A stretch of DNA of 46,786 bases. Source: Candidatus Nanopelagicales bacterium. GTDB lineage: Bacteria > Actinomycetota > Actinomycetes > S36-B12. Below are positions 1 through 8,522 of this stretch, piece by piece. The notes under the pieces are model-generated. The model did no database searches and was not told the DNA's origin. It saw only the letters and a program-made list of their open reading frames with translations. Both the position numbers and the translations under genes were made by a program. Location of the stretch: positions 1-46,786 of the forward strand of contig JBMOKH010000002.1 in NCBI GenBank assembly GCA_049315365.1. Reading direction: 5' to 3'. The first letter of the stretch is position 1, and the number at the start of each line of letters is the position of its first letter.

Positions 1-156
1 CTGCTCGCGATTGTCTGTGCTGGACAACTCCCCCCAATCATCCGACTCCGCCGCGGAATCATCATCGACTGATTCAGGCGCGCACTCACTGAGATACTCA
101 TCCCTCAGGCCGATGGCGCTGCTCAGTGCGCGGCGGACAGAAAGGGCGTTGGCATC

Positions 157-1245
157 ATGGTTCATTCAGTTCAAGGCGTTATCGCTCGGAGCGCCGGCGC
201 GCCCGTCGAACTCGCCACGGTGATCGTGCCGAACCCGGGCCCTGGCGAGGCCGTCGTTCGGATCCAGGCCTGCGGCGTATGCCATACCGACCTGCACTAC
301 CGGGAGGGCGGCATCAGCCAGGAATTCCCGTTCCTCCTCGGACACGAGGCAGCCGGAATCGTCGAGGAGGTCGGAGCCGGGGTCCTTGACATTCAGCCCG
401 GCGACTACGTCGTTCTCAACTGGCGCGCGGTGTGCGGGCAGTGCCGCGCCTGCCTCCGTGGCAGGCCGCACCTGTGCTTCGCGACCCACAACGCCGCACA
501 GAAGATGCGCCTGGAGGACGGTACGGCCCTTTCACCCGCGCTCGGGATCGGCGCCTTCGTGGAGAAGACCCTCGTCCATGCCGGCCAGTGCACCAAGGTG
601 AGCCCCCTCGCCGCGCCGGCGGTCGCGGGCCTCCTCGGCTGCGGCGTCATGGCCGGGCTCGGAGCGGCAATCAATACCGGTGGCGTCACGCGTGGCGACT
701 CAGTCGCCGTCATCGGCTGCGGCGGGGTCGGCGCAGCAGCCATCGCCGGTTCAACCCTTGCCGGCGCAACGCGCATCGTCGCCGTCGACATCGATGATCG
801 AAAGCTGCAGATCGCCAGGGAGTTCGGGGCCACGCACATCGTGAACGCCAAGGAGTGCGACGTGGTCGAGGCCATCCGGGAGGTCACTGACGGATTCGGT
901 GCTGACGTCGTCATCGACGCGGTCGGCACGACGCAGACCTGGACCCAGGCCTTCTACGCACGCGACCTCGCCGGGACTGTCGTGCTCGTCGGAGTGCCGA
1001 TGCCTGACCAGCGCATCGACCTACCGCTGCTCGACGTGTTCGGCCGCGGCGGTTCGCTCAAGTCCAGCTGGTACGGGGACTGCCTGCCCAGCCGAGACTT
1101 CCCCATGCTCATCGACCTCTACCTTCAGGGCCGACTCCCCCTCGACCGATTCGTCACCGAGGAGATCGGCCTCGACTCGATCGAGGATGCCTTCTCGAAG
1201 ATGCACCACGGAGACGTGCTGCGCTCGGTGGTCCTTCTCCCATGA
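157..1245 (+). CDS. mscR: Zn-dependent class III alcohol dehydrogenase, S-(hydroxymethyl)mycothiol / S-nitrosomycothiol reductase type
   Basis: 362-aa ORF with Zn-ADH signatures ([27 protein letters not shown]) and Rossmann GCGGVG. It resembles actinobacterial MscR (M. tuberculosis Rv2259 type) along its whole length, as I recall that protein. The ATG is preceded by AAAGGG, and an ATGA overlap joins it to the next gene. Confidence 0.85.
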   Translation: MVHSVQGVIARSAGAPVELATVIVPNPGPGEAVVRIQACGVCHTDLHYREGGISQEFPFLLGHEAAGIVEEVGAGVLDIQPGDYVVLNWRAVCGQCRACLRGRPHLCFATHNAAQKMRLEDGTALSPALGIGAFVEKTLVHAGQCTKVSPLAAPAVAGLLGCGVMAGLGAAINTGGVTRGDSVAVIGCGGVGAAAIAGSTLAGATRIVAVDIDDRKLQIAREFGATHIVNAKECDVVEAIREVTDGFGADVVIDAVGTTQTWTQAFYARDLAGTVVLVGVPMPDQRIDLPLLDVFGRGGSLKSSWYGDCLPSRDFPMLIDLYLQGRLPLDRFVTEEIGLDSIEDAFSKMHHGDVLRSVVLLP

Positions 1246-1871
1246 CCGTCCGCATCGACCACGCGGTCACGTCGGGCACCTTCTCCTTGGACGGCGAGAC
1301 ATTCGACGTCGACAACAACGTGTGGGTCATCGGCGATGATGTCGAATGCATCGTCATCGATGCGCCGCATGACGTCGAAGCAATCCTGTCGGTCATAGGC
1401 GGCCGCCAAGTCATCGCCATCGCCTGCACCCACGCACATGACGATCACGTGCGTTTTGCCCCCGAGCTCGCTGAAGCGACCGGAGCGCCGATCCTGCTTC
1501 ACCCGGCCGATACGCCCATCTGGCTTCTCACCCACCCCGACCTGCGTCCGACGGGAACTCTCGCGGACGGTCAGGTCATCACCGTTGCCGGCACGGAGAT
1601 TCGAGTGCTACATACGCCCGGCCATGCCCCGGGGGCCTGCTGCTTCTACTCACCGGAACTGGGCGCGCTGTTCAGCGGAGACACCCTGTTCGCCGGTGGG
1701 CCGGGTGCCACGGGTAGGTCCTTCAGCGACTTTGCGACCCTCACGGATTCGATCAGGGATCGACTTCTCGTCCTGCCGCGCGAAACCGTCGTCCACACCG
1801 GTCACGGTGATTCGACAACACTCGCCGAGGCCGCCGACAACATCGACTCCTGGATAGCACGCGGCTCATAG
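1242..1871 (+). CDS. MBL-fold metallo-hydrolase (glyoxalase II-like thioesterase candidate)
   Basis: 209-aa ORF with the HxHxDH metal motif (THAHDDH) and downstream His/Asp ligands ([19 protein letters not shown]). Start overlaps the mscR stop (ATGA at 1242-1245). Confidence 0.8.
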   Translation: MTVRIDHAVTSGTFSLDGETFDVDNNVWVIGDDVECIVIDAPHDVEAILSVIGGRQVIAIACTHAHDDHVRFAPELAEATGAPILLHPADTPIWLLTHPDLRPTGTLADGQVITVAGTEIRVLHTPGHAPGACCFYSPELGALFSGDTLFAGGPGATGRSFSDFATLTDSIRDRLLVLPRETVVHTGHGDSTTLAEAADNIDSWIARGS

Positions 1872-1879
1872 CGAGCGGC

Positions 1880-1904
1880 GCGAGACGATCGGCGTTCGTC
1901 TCGC
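1880..1904. terminator. Hairpin between convergent genes (candidate bidirectional terminator)
   Basis: Perfect 8-bp stem GCGAGACG (1880-1887) / CGTCTCGC (1897-1904) with a 9-nt loop. It lies between the MBL stop (1871) and the FAH stop (1904-1906). No U-tract. Confidence 0.4.
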
Positions 1905-2803
1905 TAGACGGCCACCACCGGGTTCGACAGCGTGCCGATCCTCTCGATCGTGCAGGCGACCACATCGCCCGGCTGCAGGAAGGTCGGCGGGTCCATGGCC
2001 GCTCCTACACCCTGCGGCGATCCCGTCGCGATCACGTCACCAGGCTCGAGCGTGACGCCGGACGTGATGTCAGCGATGAGGGTCGGGATCTTGAAGAGCA
2101 TGTTGCGCGAGTTGCCGTCCTGCCGCTGGTCGCCGTTGACCGTCAGGGTCAGCCGCAGCGTGTGGGGGTCGGTGATCTCGTCGGTCGTGACGATCATCGG
2201 GCCGAAGGGCGCGTAGCTGTCCTGGCCCTTGGAGAAGAACCACTGCCCCGAGCGCCGCTGATCACGGGCGCTGATGTCGTTCACGATGCTGTAGCCGAAC
2301 ACGTAGTCGAGGGCCTCCGCCTCCGGCACATTACGTGCCGCGCGCCCGATGACGACGGCCAGCTCGCACTCCCAGTCCAGCTGCTGGGTCATTGCCGCGT
2401 TGTGCTGGATCGGCTCCCCCGGCCCGACGACCGCGGTGCCGGGCTTGCTGAAGAGCACCGGACGGGTCGGGAGCTCCTTGGCGGTGTCGAGGGTCCGGCT
2501 CGACTCCTCGACATGCTCGACGTAGTTCAGTCCGACGCCGACCACCTTTCCCGGGCGGAGCGGCGCGCGCAGGGTGACCTCGACCAACGGGTAGGTGACG
2601 TCATCGGGCCACTCCCCTACTTCGGCCACGGCGGCGATCACCCGCGCATGCAATTCGGGCCCGGCAGACACGTAGTCGATGAGGCGGACCGGGACATCGA
2701 CGACCCCCTCGAGCCCACGGCGCAGATCGATGACCTCCTCGCCGGTGACAAGACCCAGGAGTGACGGGCCATCGGCGGTCGTGCTGAAGGTGACGAAACG
2801 CAT
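1904..2803 (-). CDS. Fumarylacetoacetate hydrolase (FAH) family protein
   Basis: 299-aa ORF. The N-terminal small domain (MRFVTFS...GLVTGEEVIDL) plus C-terminal FAH fold (GVGLNYVEH, ELAVVIG, NDISARD, KGQDSYAPFGP, GDVIATGSPQGVG) is typical of the HpcE/FAHD-like family. ATG is preceded by GAGGAG. Confidence 0.8.
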   Translation of the reverse strand: MRFVTFSTTADGPSLLGLVTGEEVIDLRRGLEGVVDVPVRLIDYVSAGPELHARVIAAVAEVGEWPDDVTYPLVEVTLRAPLRPGKVVGVGLNYVEHVEESSRTLDTAKELPTRPVLFSKPGTAVVGPGEPIQHNAAMTQQLDWECELAVVIGRAARNVPEAEALDYVFGYSIVNDISARDQRRSGQWFFSKGQDSYAPFGPMIVTTDEITDPHTLRLTLTVNGDQRQDGNSRNMLFKIPTLIADITSGVTLEPGDVIATGSPQGVGAAMDPPTFLQPGDVVACTIERIGTLSNPVVAV

Positions 2804-2868
2804 GTCGCTCCTCGGGGATCGGGTCGGGCTTGGGACGAGCTGGAAATAGGCAACGGTGGCGTGGACGA

Positions 2869-3882
2869 CTAGGGCTCAGGTGGTGTAGGCGCACCCTGCA
2901 GGGTGCTCGCCGATCGCTCGCTGCTCTCGGTGAAGACCACCCGCGACTGAGGGGTGCGGTTCACGTGCAGCTGGAAGACATCGAACCGGTTGTAGTGGCC
3001 GATGATGTCGTGCATCTGCTTGGGCTGGATGCACTTATTGAGGTCGATGTCGGCGTAGACGATCCCTTCGACATCGATGAGCGGTTCGCTCACGAGCCTG
3101 CCATCCGGGCCGAAGACCCCGCTGAATGCCGAGTTTCGGCGCTCGAGCATGGCCCTGGACTCGTCATCGTGCGCGATGAGATCGACCATGTCCGGGGTGA
3201 TCGACGAACAGGCGACGACCGTGAAGACCTTGCCCTCGAAGGAGTGCGCCGCACCGCGCACCTTGATCGCCTCGACCATGTCGTAGTCGGGCGGCGCGGT
3301 CGGCAGCGCGATGTAGTTCGCGCAGTGGACGTTCTCGCCCTGGGCGAGGAGCGCGAATCGCGCGAGCGTGTTCGTGTTCTCCCCGCATGCCAGGCCGCCG
3401 ATCCGTCCCGTCGGCGTGTCGTACACCCGCAGCGAGCTTCCGTCGCCACCGGCCCAGGTGAGCTTCTCCGCCCAGGTGGGCACGAGCTTGCGGTGCACCC
3501 CGAGGAGTTCGCCGCCACCGCCGATGAAGACAAGCGAGTTGTAGAGAGTCCCCATCGAGAACGGGTCGCGCTCGTTCACGCCGATGACGACCTGCGCGCC
3601 GGCGGCCTGCGCGGCAGCGCGAAGCACATCGACCTCAGGGCCAGGGATGTCGATGGCGGCCCGGAACAGGCGCTCGAACCACGGGCTGCCCTTGCCCGGT
3701 GTCATCGTCCAGTTCCAGTAGGGGTAACCGGGGACGAAGACCTCGGGGAAGACGATGAGACGTGCGCCGTTCGCGGCGGCCTCGGCGATAAGGGCGCATG
3801 CCTTCTCGATGGTCGCCGGGGTATCGAGGTAGACGGGGGCAGCCTGCACGGCAGCAGCGGTGAACCTCGCGTAATCGGTCAC
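2869..3882 (-). CDS. Nitrilase-family carbon-nitrogen hydrolase (divergent active-site context)
   Basis: 337-aa ORF. The nitrilase-like N-terminus is IVFPEVFVPGYPYWNW. The catalytic triad candidates are E47, K132 (HRKLVPT) and C166 (GGLACGEN). GTG start at 3882 is the first start after an in-frame TGA and is preceded by GAGGTGAGG. Confidence 0.8.
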   Translation of the reverse strand: MTDYARFTAAAVQAAPVYLDTPATIEKACALIAEAAANGARLIVFPEVFVPGYPYWNWTMTPGKGSPWFERLFRAAIDIPGPEVDVLRAAAQAAGAQVVIGVNERDPFSMGTLYNSLVFIGGGGELLGVHRKLVPTWAEKLTWAGGDGSSLRVYDTPTGRIGGLACGENTNTLARFALLAQGENVHCANYIALPTAPPDYDMVEAIKVRGAAHSFEGKVFTVVACSSITPDMVDLIAHDDESRAMLERRNSAFSGVFGPDGRLVSEPLIDVEGIVYADIDLNKCIQPKQMHDIIGHYNRFDVFQLHVNRTPQSRVVFTESSERSASTLQGAPTPPEP

Positions 3883-3913
3883 GTCACCTCACCTCAACTC
3901 CTCGGGATCGCGG

Positions 3914-3942
3914 TCGACCTGAGTCGCGGAGAACACTAGCAT
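3914..3942 (+). promoter_or_regulatory. Candidate promoter of the dioxygenase operon
   Basis: -35-like TCGACC (3914-3919), 17-nt spacer, -10 TAGCAT (3937-3942, TANNNT). A minus-strand -10-like TAGTGT (3933-3938) overlaps it back to back around CTAG, for the nitrilase operon. Read by eye only. Confidence 0.3.
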
Positions 3943-3951
3943 TTGATCAAA
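3940..3951. promoter_or_regulatory. Candidate operator, site 1 (CATTTGATCAAA; perfect palindrome TTTGATCAAA at 3942-3951)
   Basis: AT-rich 12-mer in the divergent nitrilase/dioxygenase intergenic region. It abuts the proposed + strand -10 and matches 11/12 to the sites at 15680-15691 and 16510-16521. Confidence 0.4.
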
Positions 3952-4029
3952 GATCACGGTAGCGTCGACGCGGCAATCCTGAAGAGGCCGTGGTCGGTTC
4001 CAGCCGAGGGCGATGATGGAGGACATCAC

Positions 4030-5151
4030 ATGATCGAGGACGTTATTGGCCGAGCCAAGGTGCAGGCAACCCCGGAACTCGAGGAGTACTACGCGCGACT
4101 CGCGAAGCACGGCTCCGGCGCGCTGTGGACCGTCGCGAATGAGATCGAGCCCTGGTTCCCGCAGCCCCGCTCCATCCCGATGCACTGGCGCTATGAGGAC
4201 CTCCGTCCCCTCGTCATCGAGTCGGCGACCCTCGTCACCGGAGACGACGCGGGACGTCGGGTCGTCTACCTCGTCAACGACGAGCGACGCGATGTCTCCG
4301 CCGCCGTCGGACTGCTCTACACCGGCCTGCAGATCATGAACCCGGGCGAGTCGATGACCGCGCACCGCCATGCGGCTGCGGCCCTGCGCTTCGTGATCGA
4401 GGGCGAGGGCGCGTGGACCATCGTGAACGGCGACCGCCTCAAGGTGGGCCCTAATGACTTCGCGATCACGCCGAAGGGCACCTGGCATGAGCACGGCAAC
4501 GAGTCGGACACCACCCAGGTCATCTGGCAGGACGGCTTGGACATCCCGCTCGTCAACGCCCTCGACTCGAACTTCTACGAGGTCCACCCGGACCTCCACC
4601 AGATCCCGGGCAAGGTCGTCAACACCTCGCTCCTCGAGCATGGCAGCGGGATCCTCAAGCCTGACGGCCGATCCTGGGCCAAGCGCTACTCCCCCCTGCT
4701 CGCCTATCCCTGGGAGCGCACCTACGAGGCCCTCATCAGCCTTGCGCGGGTGAGCGACGGCACCCCGTACGACGGCGTCATCATGGAGTACGTGAACCCG
4801 CACACGGGCGGATCGGTCATGCCGACCATGGGCGCCCACATGCAGTTGCTCCAGCCATCGCAGGCAACCCTCGCGCATCGGCACACCGGGTCGGTGATCT
4901 ACCACGTCGCGAAGGGCCGCGGCCACTCGATCATCGGCGGCCGGCGATTCGACTGGAAGGAACACGACATCTTCTGCGTGCCCTCGTGGGCCTGGCACGA
5001 GCACGCCAACGACGATCCGGCAGGCGACGCCTGCCTGTTCTCCTTTAACGACTTCCCGATGATTAATGCGCTCGATCTCCACGCGGAGGAGGCGATGGAC
5101 GCGAACGGCGGCCATCAGGACATCGGCGACGGAGCGCTCAACAGTGGCTGA
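4030..5151 (+). CDS. Gentisate/salicylate-type 1,2-dioxygenase (bicupin, extradiol-like ring cleavage)
   Basis: The ORF track starts at a TTG (3943) inside the palindrome. I prefer the ATG at 4030, which is preceded by GGAGGA. There are two cupin modules. The first has the His ligand pattern AHRHAAAALRF...GTWHEHGN. The second has AHRHTGSVIYHV...WAWHEHAN. The N-terminal LW...EP..P....P..W motif is typical of gentisate 1,2-dioxygenases. Confidence 0.8.
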   Translation: MIEDVIGRAKVQATPELEEYYARLAKHGSGALWTVANEIEPWFPQPRSIPMHWRYEDLRPLVIESATLVTGDDAGRRVVYLVNDERRDVSAAVGLLYTGLQIMNPGESMTAHRHAAAALRFVIEGEGAWTIVNGDRLKVGPNDFAITPKGTWHEHGNESDTTQVIWQDGLDIPLVNALDSNFYEVHPDLHQIPGKVVNTSLLEHGSGILKPDGRSWAKRYSPLLAYPWERTYEALISLARVSDGTPYDGVIMEYVNPHTGGSVMPTMGAHMQLLQPSQATLAHRHTGSVIYHVAKGRGHSIIGGRRFDWKEHDIFCVPSWAWHEHANDDPAGDACLFSFNDFPMINALDLHAEEAMDANGGHQDIGDGALNSG

Positions 5152-6214
5152 CCGCACACTCGCGATCGCAACGATCCCCGGCGACGGCATCGGAAACGAG
5201 GTTCTCCCGGCCGCAACGCAGGTCGTCGAACGTGCAGCGGCCATGGCGGGGATCCGCATCGACTGGACCTGGCTCGACTGGGGCTGCGACCACCTTGTGA
5301 GGACAGGCGCCATGATGCCCGCCGATGGCATCGATCGCCTGCGCCAGCACGACGCGGTCTTCCTCGGTGCGGTCGGCCGCATCGACGTCCCCGACCACGA
5401 GTCCCTCTGGGGACTGCTCATTCCCATCAGGCGGGCGTTCGACCAATACGTGAACCTGCGGCCAGTTCGCCAGTTCCCGGGCGTCGAGCCGCGAGTCCGG
5501 CTTCCTGAGGGCGCCATGGTCGACATGGTCATCGTCCGCGAGAACACCGAGGGCGAATACTCGGAGATCGGTGGACGCTATGGCCGAGGCACGGACCGCG
5601 AGTTCGCCCTGCAGGAGAACATCTTCACCCGGATCGGCATCGAGCGGGTGGCTCGGTACGCCTTCAACCAGGCGACGGGTCGCCGCGGTCACGTCACGTC
5701 GGCGACGAAGTCCAACGGAATCATCCACACCATGCCCTTCTGGGATGAGGTCGTAGCCGAGGTGGCATCGGCCTACCCGCGCACGACCCTGCGCAAGGTC
5801 CTCATCGATGCACTCGCAGCAGAGATGGTGCAGCGCCCGCACGAATTCGATGTCGTTGTGGCCTCGAACCTCTTCGGCGACATCCTGTCCGATCTCGCGG
5901 CGGCAACCGTGGGCAGTCTCGGCGTCGCAGCCTCGGCGAACCTGAACCCGGAGCGGCTGTTCCCGTCCATGTTCGAGCCCGTGCACGGGTCAGCGCCCGA
6001 CATCGCCGGGCGCGGGATCGCCAATCCCGTGGCCGCGATCTGGTCCGGGGCGATGATGCTCGAGCACCTCGGCCATCCGGAGCCGGCCGCCGCCATCATC
6101 CGGTCGATGGAGGCCTCGCTGCTCGTCCCCGCCACGCGCACCGCCGACCTCCAGGGGACTGCCGATCTGGCCGGCGTGACGCACGCCATCCTCGACGGAC
6201 TTGATCCACGGTGA
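5144..6214 (+). CDS. Tartrate dehydrogenase/decarboxylase / D-malate dehydrogenase-type beta-decarboxylating dehydrogenase
   Basis: Carries motifs of the isocitrate/isopropylmalate dehydrogenase family (IPGDGIGNEV, VRENTEGEYS, SNLFGDILSD, HGSAPDIAG). The overall pattern is closest to TtuC-type tartrate dehydrogenase as I recall it. The ORF track extends to 5066, but the N-terminus fits a GTG at 5144. That gives 356 aa and an 8-nt overlap with the dioxygenase stop at 5149-5151. Confidence 0.8.
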   Translation: MADRTLAIATIPGDGIGNEVLPAATQVVERAAAMAGIRIDWTWLDWGCDHLVRTGAMMPADGIDRLRQHDAVFLGAVGRIDVPDHESLWGLLIPIRRAFDQYVNLRPVRQFPGVEPRVRLPEGAMVDMVIVRENTEGEYSEIGGRYGRGTDREFALQENIFTRIGIERVARYAFNQATGRRGHVTSATKSNGIIHTMPFWDEVVAEVASAYPRTTLRKVLIDALAAEMVQRPHEFDVVVASNLFGDILSDLAAATVGSLGVAASANLNPERLFPSMFEPVHGSAPDIAGRGIANPVAAIWSGAMMLEHLGHPEPAAAIIRSMEASLLVPATRTADLQGTADLAGVTHAILDGLDPR

Positions 6215-6318
6215 CGGAACCCACACCGAAAGCGCCTTGTCTGACCCGGCAGCAGGCATGATGCTTACCATCAACCACCGCACGACCATCGAGGCACCTA
6301 CCGAGAGAAGCAGGCATC

Positions 6319-8490
6319 ATGGCTGAGCGTTCATTCGCCACCGAGGTCCAAGAACTCCGCCTCAGCGATGGCGAGGAGTTCCGTGGGGAGGGGATCCTCG
6401 CGGTCACGAAGGGCCTCCTCCAGTCCGGGGTCGCCTACGTGGGCGGTTACCAGGGTGCCCCGATCTCGCACCTCATGGATGTCCTCGGCGATGCCCAGGA
6501 CATCCTCGACGAGCTCGGGATCTACTTCGAGAACAGCGCGTCGGAGGCGACGGCCGCGGCATCACTCGCCGCGTCCGTCCACTATCCCCTGAGAGGCGCG
6601 ATCACCTTCAAGTCGACGGTCGGGTTCAATGTCGCTTCCGATGCCCTCGCCAACCTCTCCTCCGGGGGCGTGCTCGGCGGCGCACTCGTCATCATCGGCG
6701 AGGACTACGGCGAGGGCGCGAGCATCATGCAGGAGCGCACCCACGCCTTCGCCATGAAATCGCAGATGTGGCTGCTCGATCCCCGGCCCAATCTCACGGC
6801 CATCGTCGACATGGTCGAGAAGGGCTTCGAGTTGTCCGAGGCAAGCAACACCCCGGTGATCCTCGAGCTGCGCCTGCGCTCCTGCCACCTGCACGGCTCC
6901 TTCGTCGCGAAGGACAACAGGAGGCCGGCATTCACCATCGCCGACGCTCTCGAGAATCCCAAGCGCGATCTCAGCCGCGTCGTGCTCCCGCCCGCCAGCT
7001 TCCTGCACGAGCAGGAGAAGGTGAACAAGCGCTGGCCGGCTGCGGTTCAGTTCATCAAGGACAACCAGCTCAATGAGCTGGTCGCCCCGGGGGAACGGGA
7101 CTTCGGGATCATCCTGCAGGGCGGCCTGTTCAACAACGTCAACCGTGCCCTCGAACTGCTCGGGCTGTCGGATCCGTTCGGCAACAGCTCCATTCCGCTG
7201 TACGTCATGAACGTCACCTACCCGGTCATCGACGACGAGGTCATCGGTTTCTGCGAGGGCAAGCGAGCGGTGCTCCTCGTGGAGGAGGGCCAGCCAGACT
7301 TCATCGAGCAGAACATCCAGGCCATCTTGCGCCGCGCCGACGCCACCGCGAAGCTGCACGGCAAGGACCTCCTGCCCGTCGCCGGCGAGTACACCCCGGC
7401 AGCCGTGACGAAGGGGGTGCTCGCCTTCGTGCAGAAGTACGCCCCCGAACTCCTCGACCAGGATCGGCTCCCGACATCGACGCTTCCCGCGACCGACCCG
7501 CGCAGCCCGTACGCAGAGCGAATCGCACCCGACCTGGTTCAGGGCCGTCCGCCCGGCTTCTGCACGGGCTGCCCGGAGCGACCGATCTTCGCCGCCCTCA
7601 CCCTCGCGCAGCGGGAGGTCGGCGAGCATCACGTGAGCGCCGATATCGGCTGCCACCTGTTCTCGATCAATGCGCCGTTCAATATCGGCGCGACGACCAT
7701 GGGCTACGGACTCGGCTCAGCTGGCGCCGCCGCCCTTAACGGCAAGGACACGAGCAGCCGGCCCATCGCGATCATGGGCGATGGAGGCTTCTGGCACAAC
7801 GGGCTCACGAGCGGCGTCGGCAATGCCGTCTTCAACGAGAACGACCAGCTCCTCGTCATCGTCGACAATGCGTACAGCGCGGCTACCGGCGGCCAGGACG
7901 TGCTCTCGTCGAAGGCGGACAATCCCCTGCGATCGACGAAGCACTCGATCGAGAAGGCGGTGCGGGGGGTCGGGGTCCGATGGTCCCGGACCATGACGAA
8001 CACCTACAAGGTCGACGAGATGCGCGACCTGTTCAAGGAGGCCCTCACCTCGACCGAGCCGGGCCCGAAGGTCATCATCGCCCAGAGCGAGTGCACCCTC
8101 AATCGAACCAGGCGCGAGAAGCCGCTCATCGCCAAGCGGATCAAGGAGGGCAAGCGGGTCGTTCGCGAGCGCTTCGGCGTCGACCCGGAGACCTGCACCG
8201 GAGACCACTCGTGCATCCGCATCTCCGGCTGCCCCTCGCTCACCATCGGGCCGAATCCTGACCCGATGCGCCAGGACCCCATTGCCACGGTGCTCGACAG
8301 CTGCGTCGGCTGCGGGCTCTGCGGTGAGAACGCCCACGCCGCGGCGCTGTGCCCGTCCTTCTACAGAACCGAGATCATCACGAACCCCAGTCGCTGGGAC
8401 CGGATGAAGACGGCGCTACGGCATCGCTATATCGGGTTCCTGCAGCGGGGCATCGAGCGCCGGCTCGCCGGCATCGACGTCGCCCCGTGA
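6319..8490 (+). CDS. iorA: Indolepyruvate:ferredoxin oxidoreductase family, alpha (TPP/ferredoxin-domain) subunit
   Basis: 723-aa ORF with a TPP-binding region (IMGDGGFWHNG) and two ferredoxin-type Cys clusters (CTGDHSCIRISGCP; CVGCGLCGENAHAAALCP). The N-terminus is typical of bacterial IOR-family proteins. Confidence 0.8.
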   Translation: MAERSFATEVQELRLSDGEEFRGEGILAVTKGLLQSGVAYVGGYQGAPISHLMDVLGDAQDILDELGIYFENSASEATAAASLAASVHYPLRGAITFKSTVGFNVASDALANLSSGGVLGGALVIIGEDYGEGASIMQERTHAFAMKSQMWLLDPRPNLTAIVDMVEKGFELSEASNTPVILELRLRSCHLHGSFVAKDNRRPAFTIADALENPKRDLSRVVLPPASFLHEQEKVNKRWPAAVQFIKDNQLNELVAPGERDFGIILQGGLFNNVNRALELLGLSDPFGNSSIPLYVMNVTYPVIDDEVIGFCEGKRAVLLVEEGQPDFIEQNIQAILRRADATAKLHGKDLLPVAGEYTPAAVTKGVLAFVQKYAPELLDQDRLPTSTLPATDPRSPYAERIAPDLVQGRPPGFCTGCPERPIFAALTLAQREVGEHHVSADIGCHLFSINAPFNIGATTMGYGLGSAGAAALNGKDTSSRPIAIMGDGGFWHNGLTSGVGNAVFNENDQLLVIVDNAYSAATGGQDVLSSKADNPLRSTKHSIEKAVRGVGVRWSRTMTNTYKVDEMRDLFKEALTSTEPGPKVIIAQSECTLNRTRREKPLIAKRIKEGKRVVRERFGVDPETCTGDHSCIRISGCPSLTIGPNPDPMRQDPIATVLDSCVGCGLCGENAHAAALCPSFYRTEIITNPSRWDRMKTALRHRYIGFLQRGIERRLAGIDVAP

Positions 8491-8522
8491 TCCGCGACCA
8501 TCTCACCTGAGGACAGCCTTAC

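Noticed and set aside
1-156. 70-aa ORF 11-223 and a short CTGAG/CTCAG inverted repeat upstream of mscR.
   Set aside because: The ORF is Ser-rich, overlaps the mscR start and has no motif support. The 5-bp repeat is too short to interpret. The region is probably the mscR promoter/5' UTR or the end of a gene outside the window.
3943-4029. TTG start at 3943 for the dioxygenase ORF, adding 29 residues.
   Set aside because: The TTG lies inside the TTTGATCAAA palindrome in the promoter region and has no RBS. The ATG at 4030 follows GGAGGA and gives the usual gentisate-dioxygenase N-terminus.
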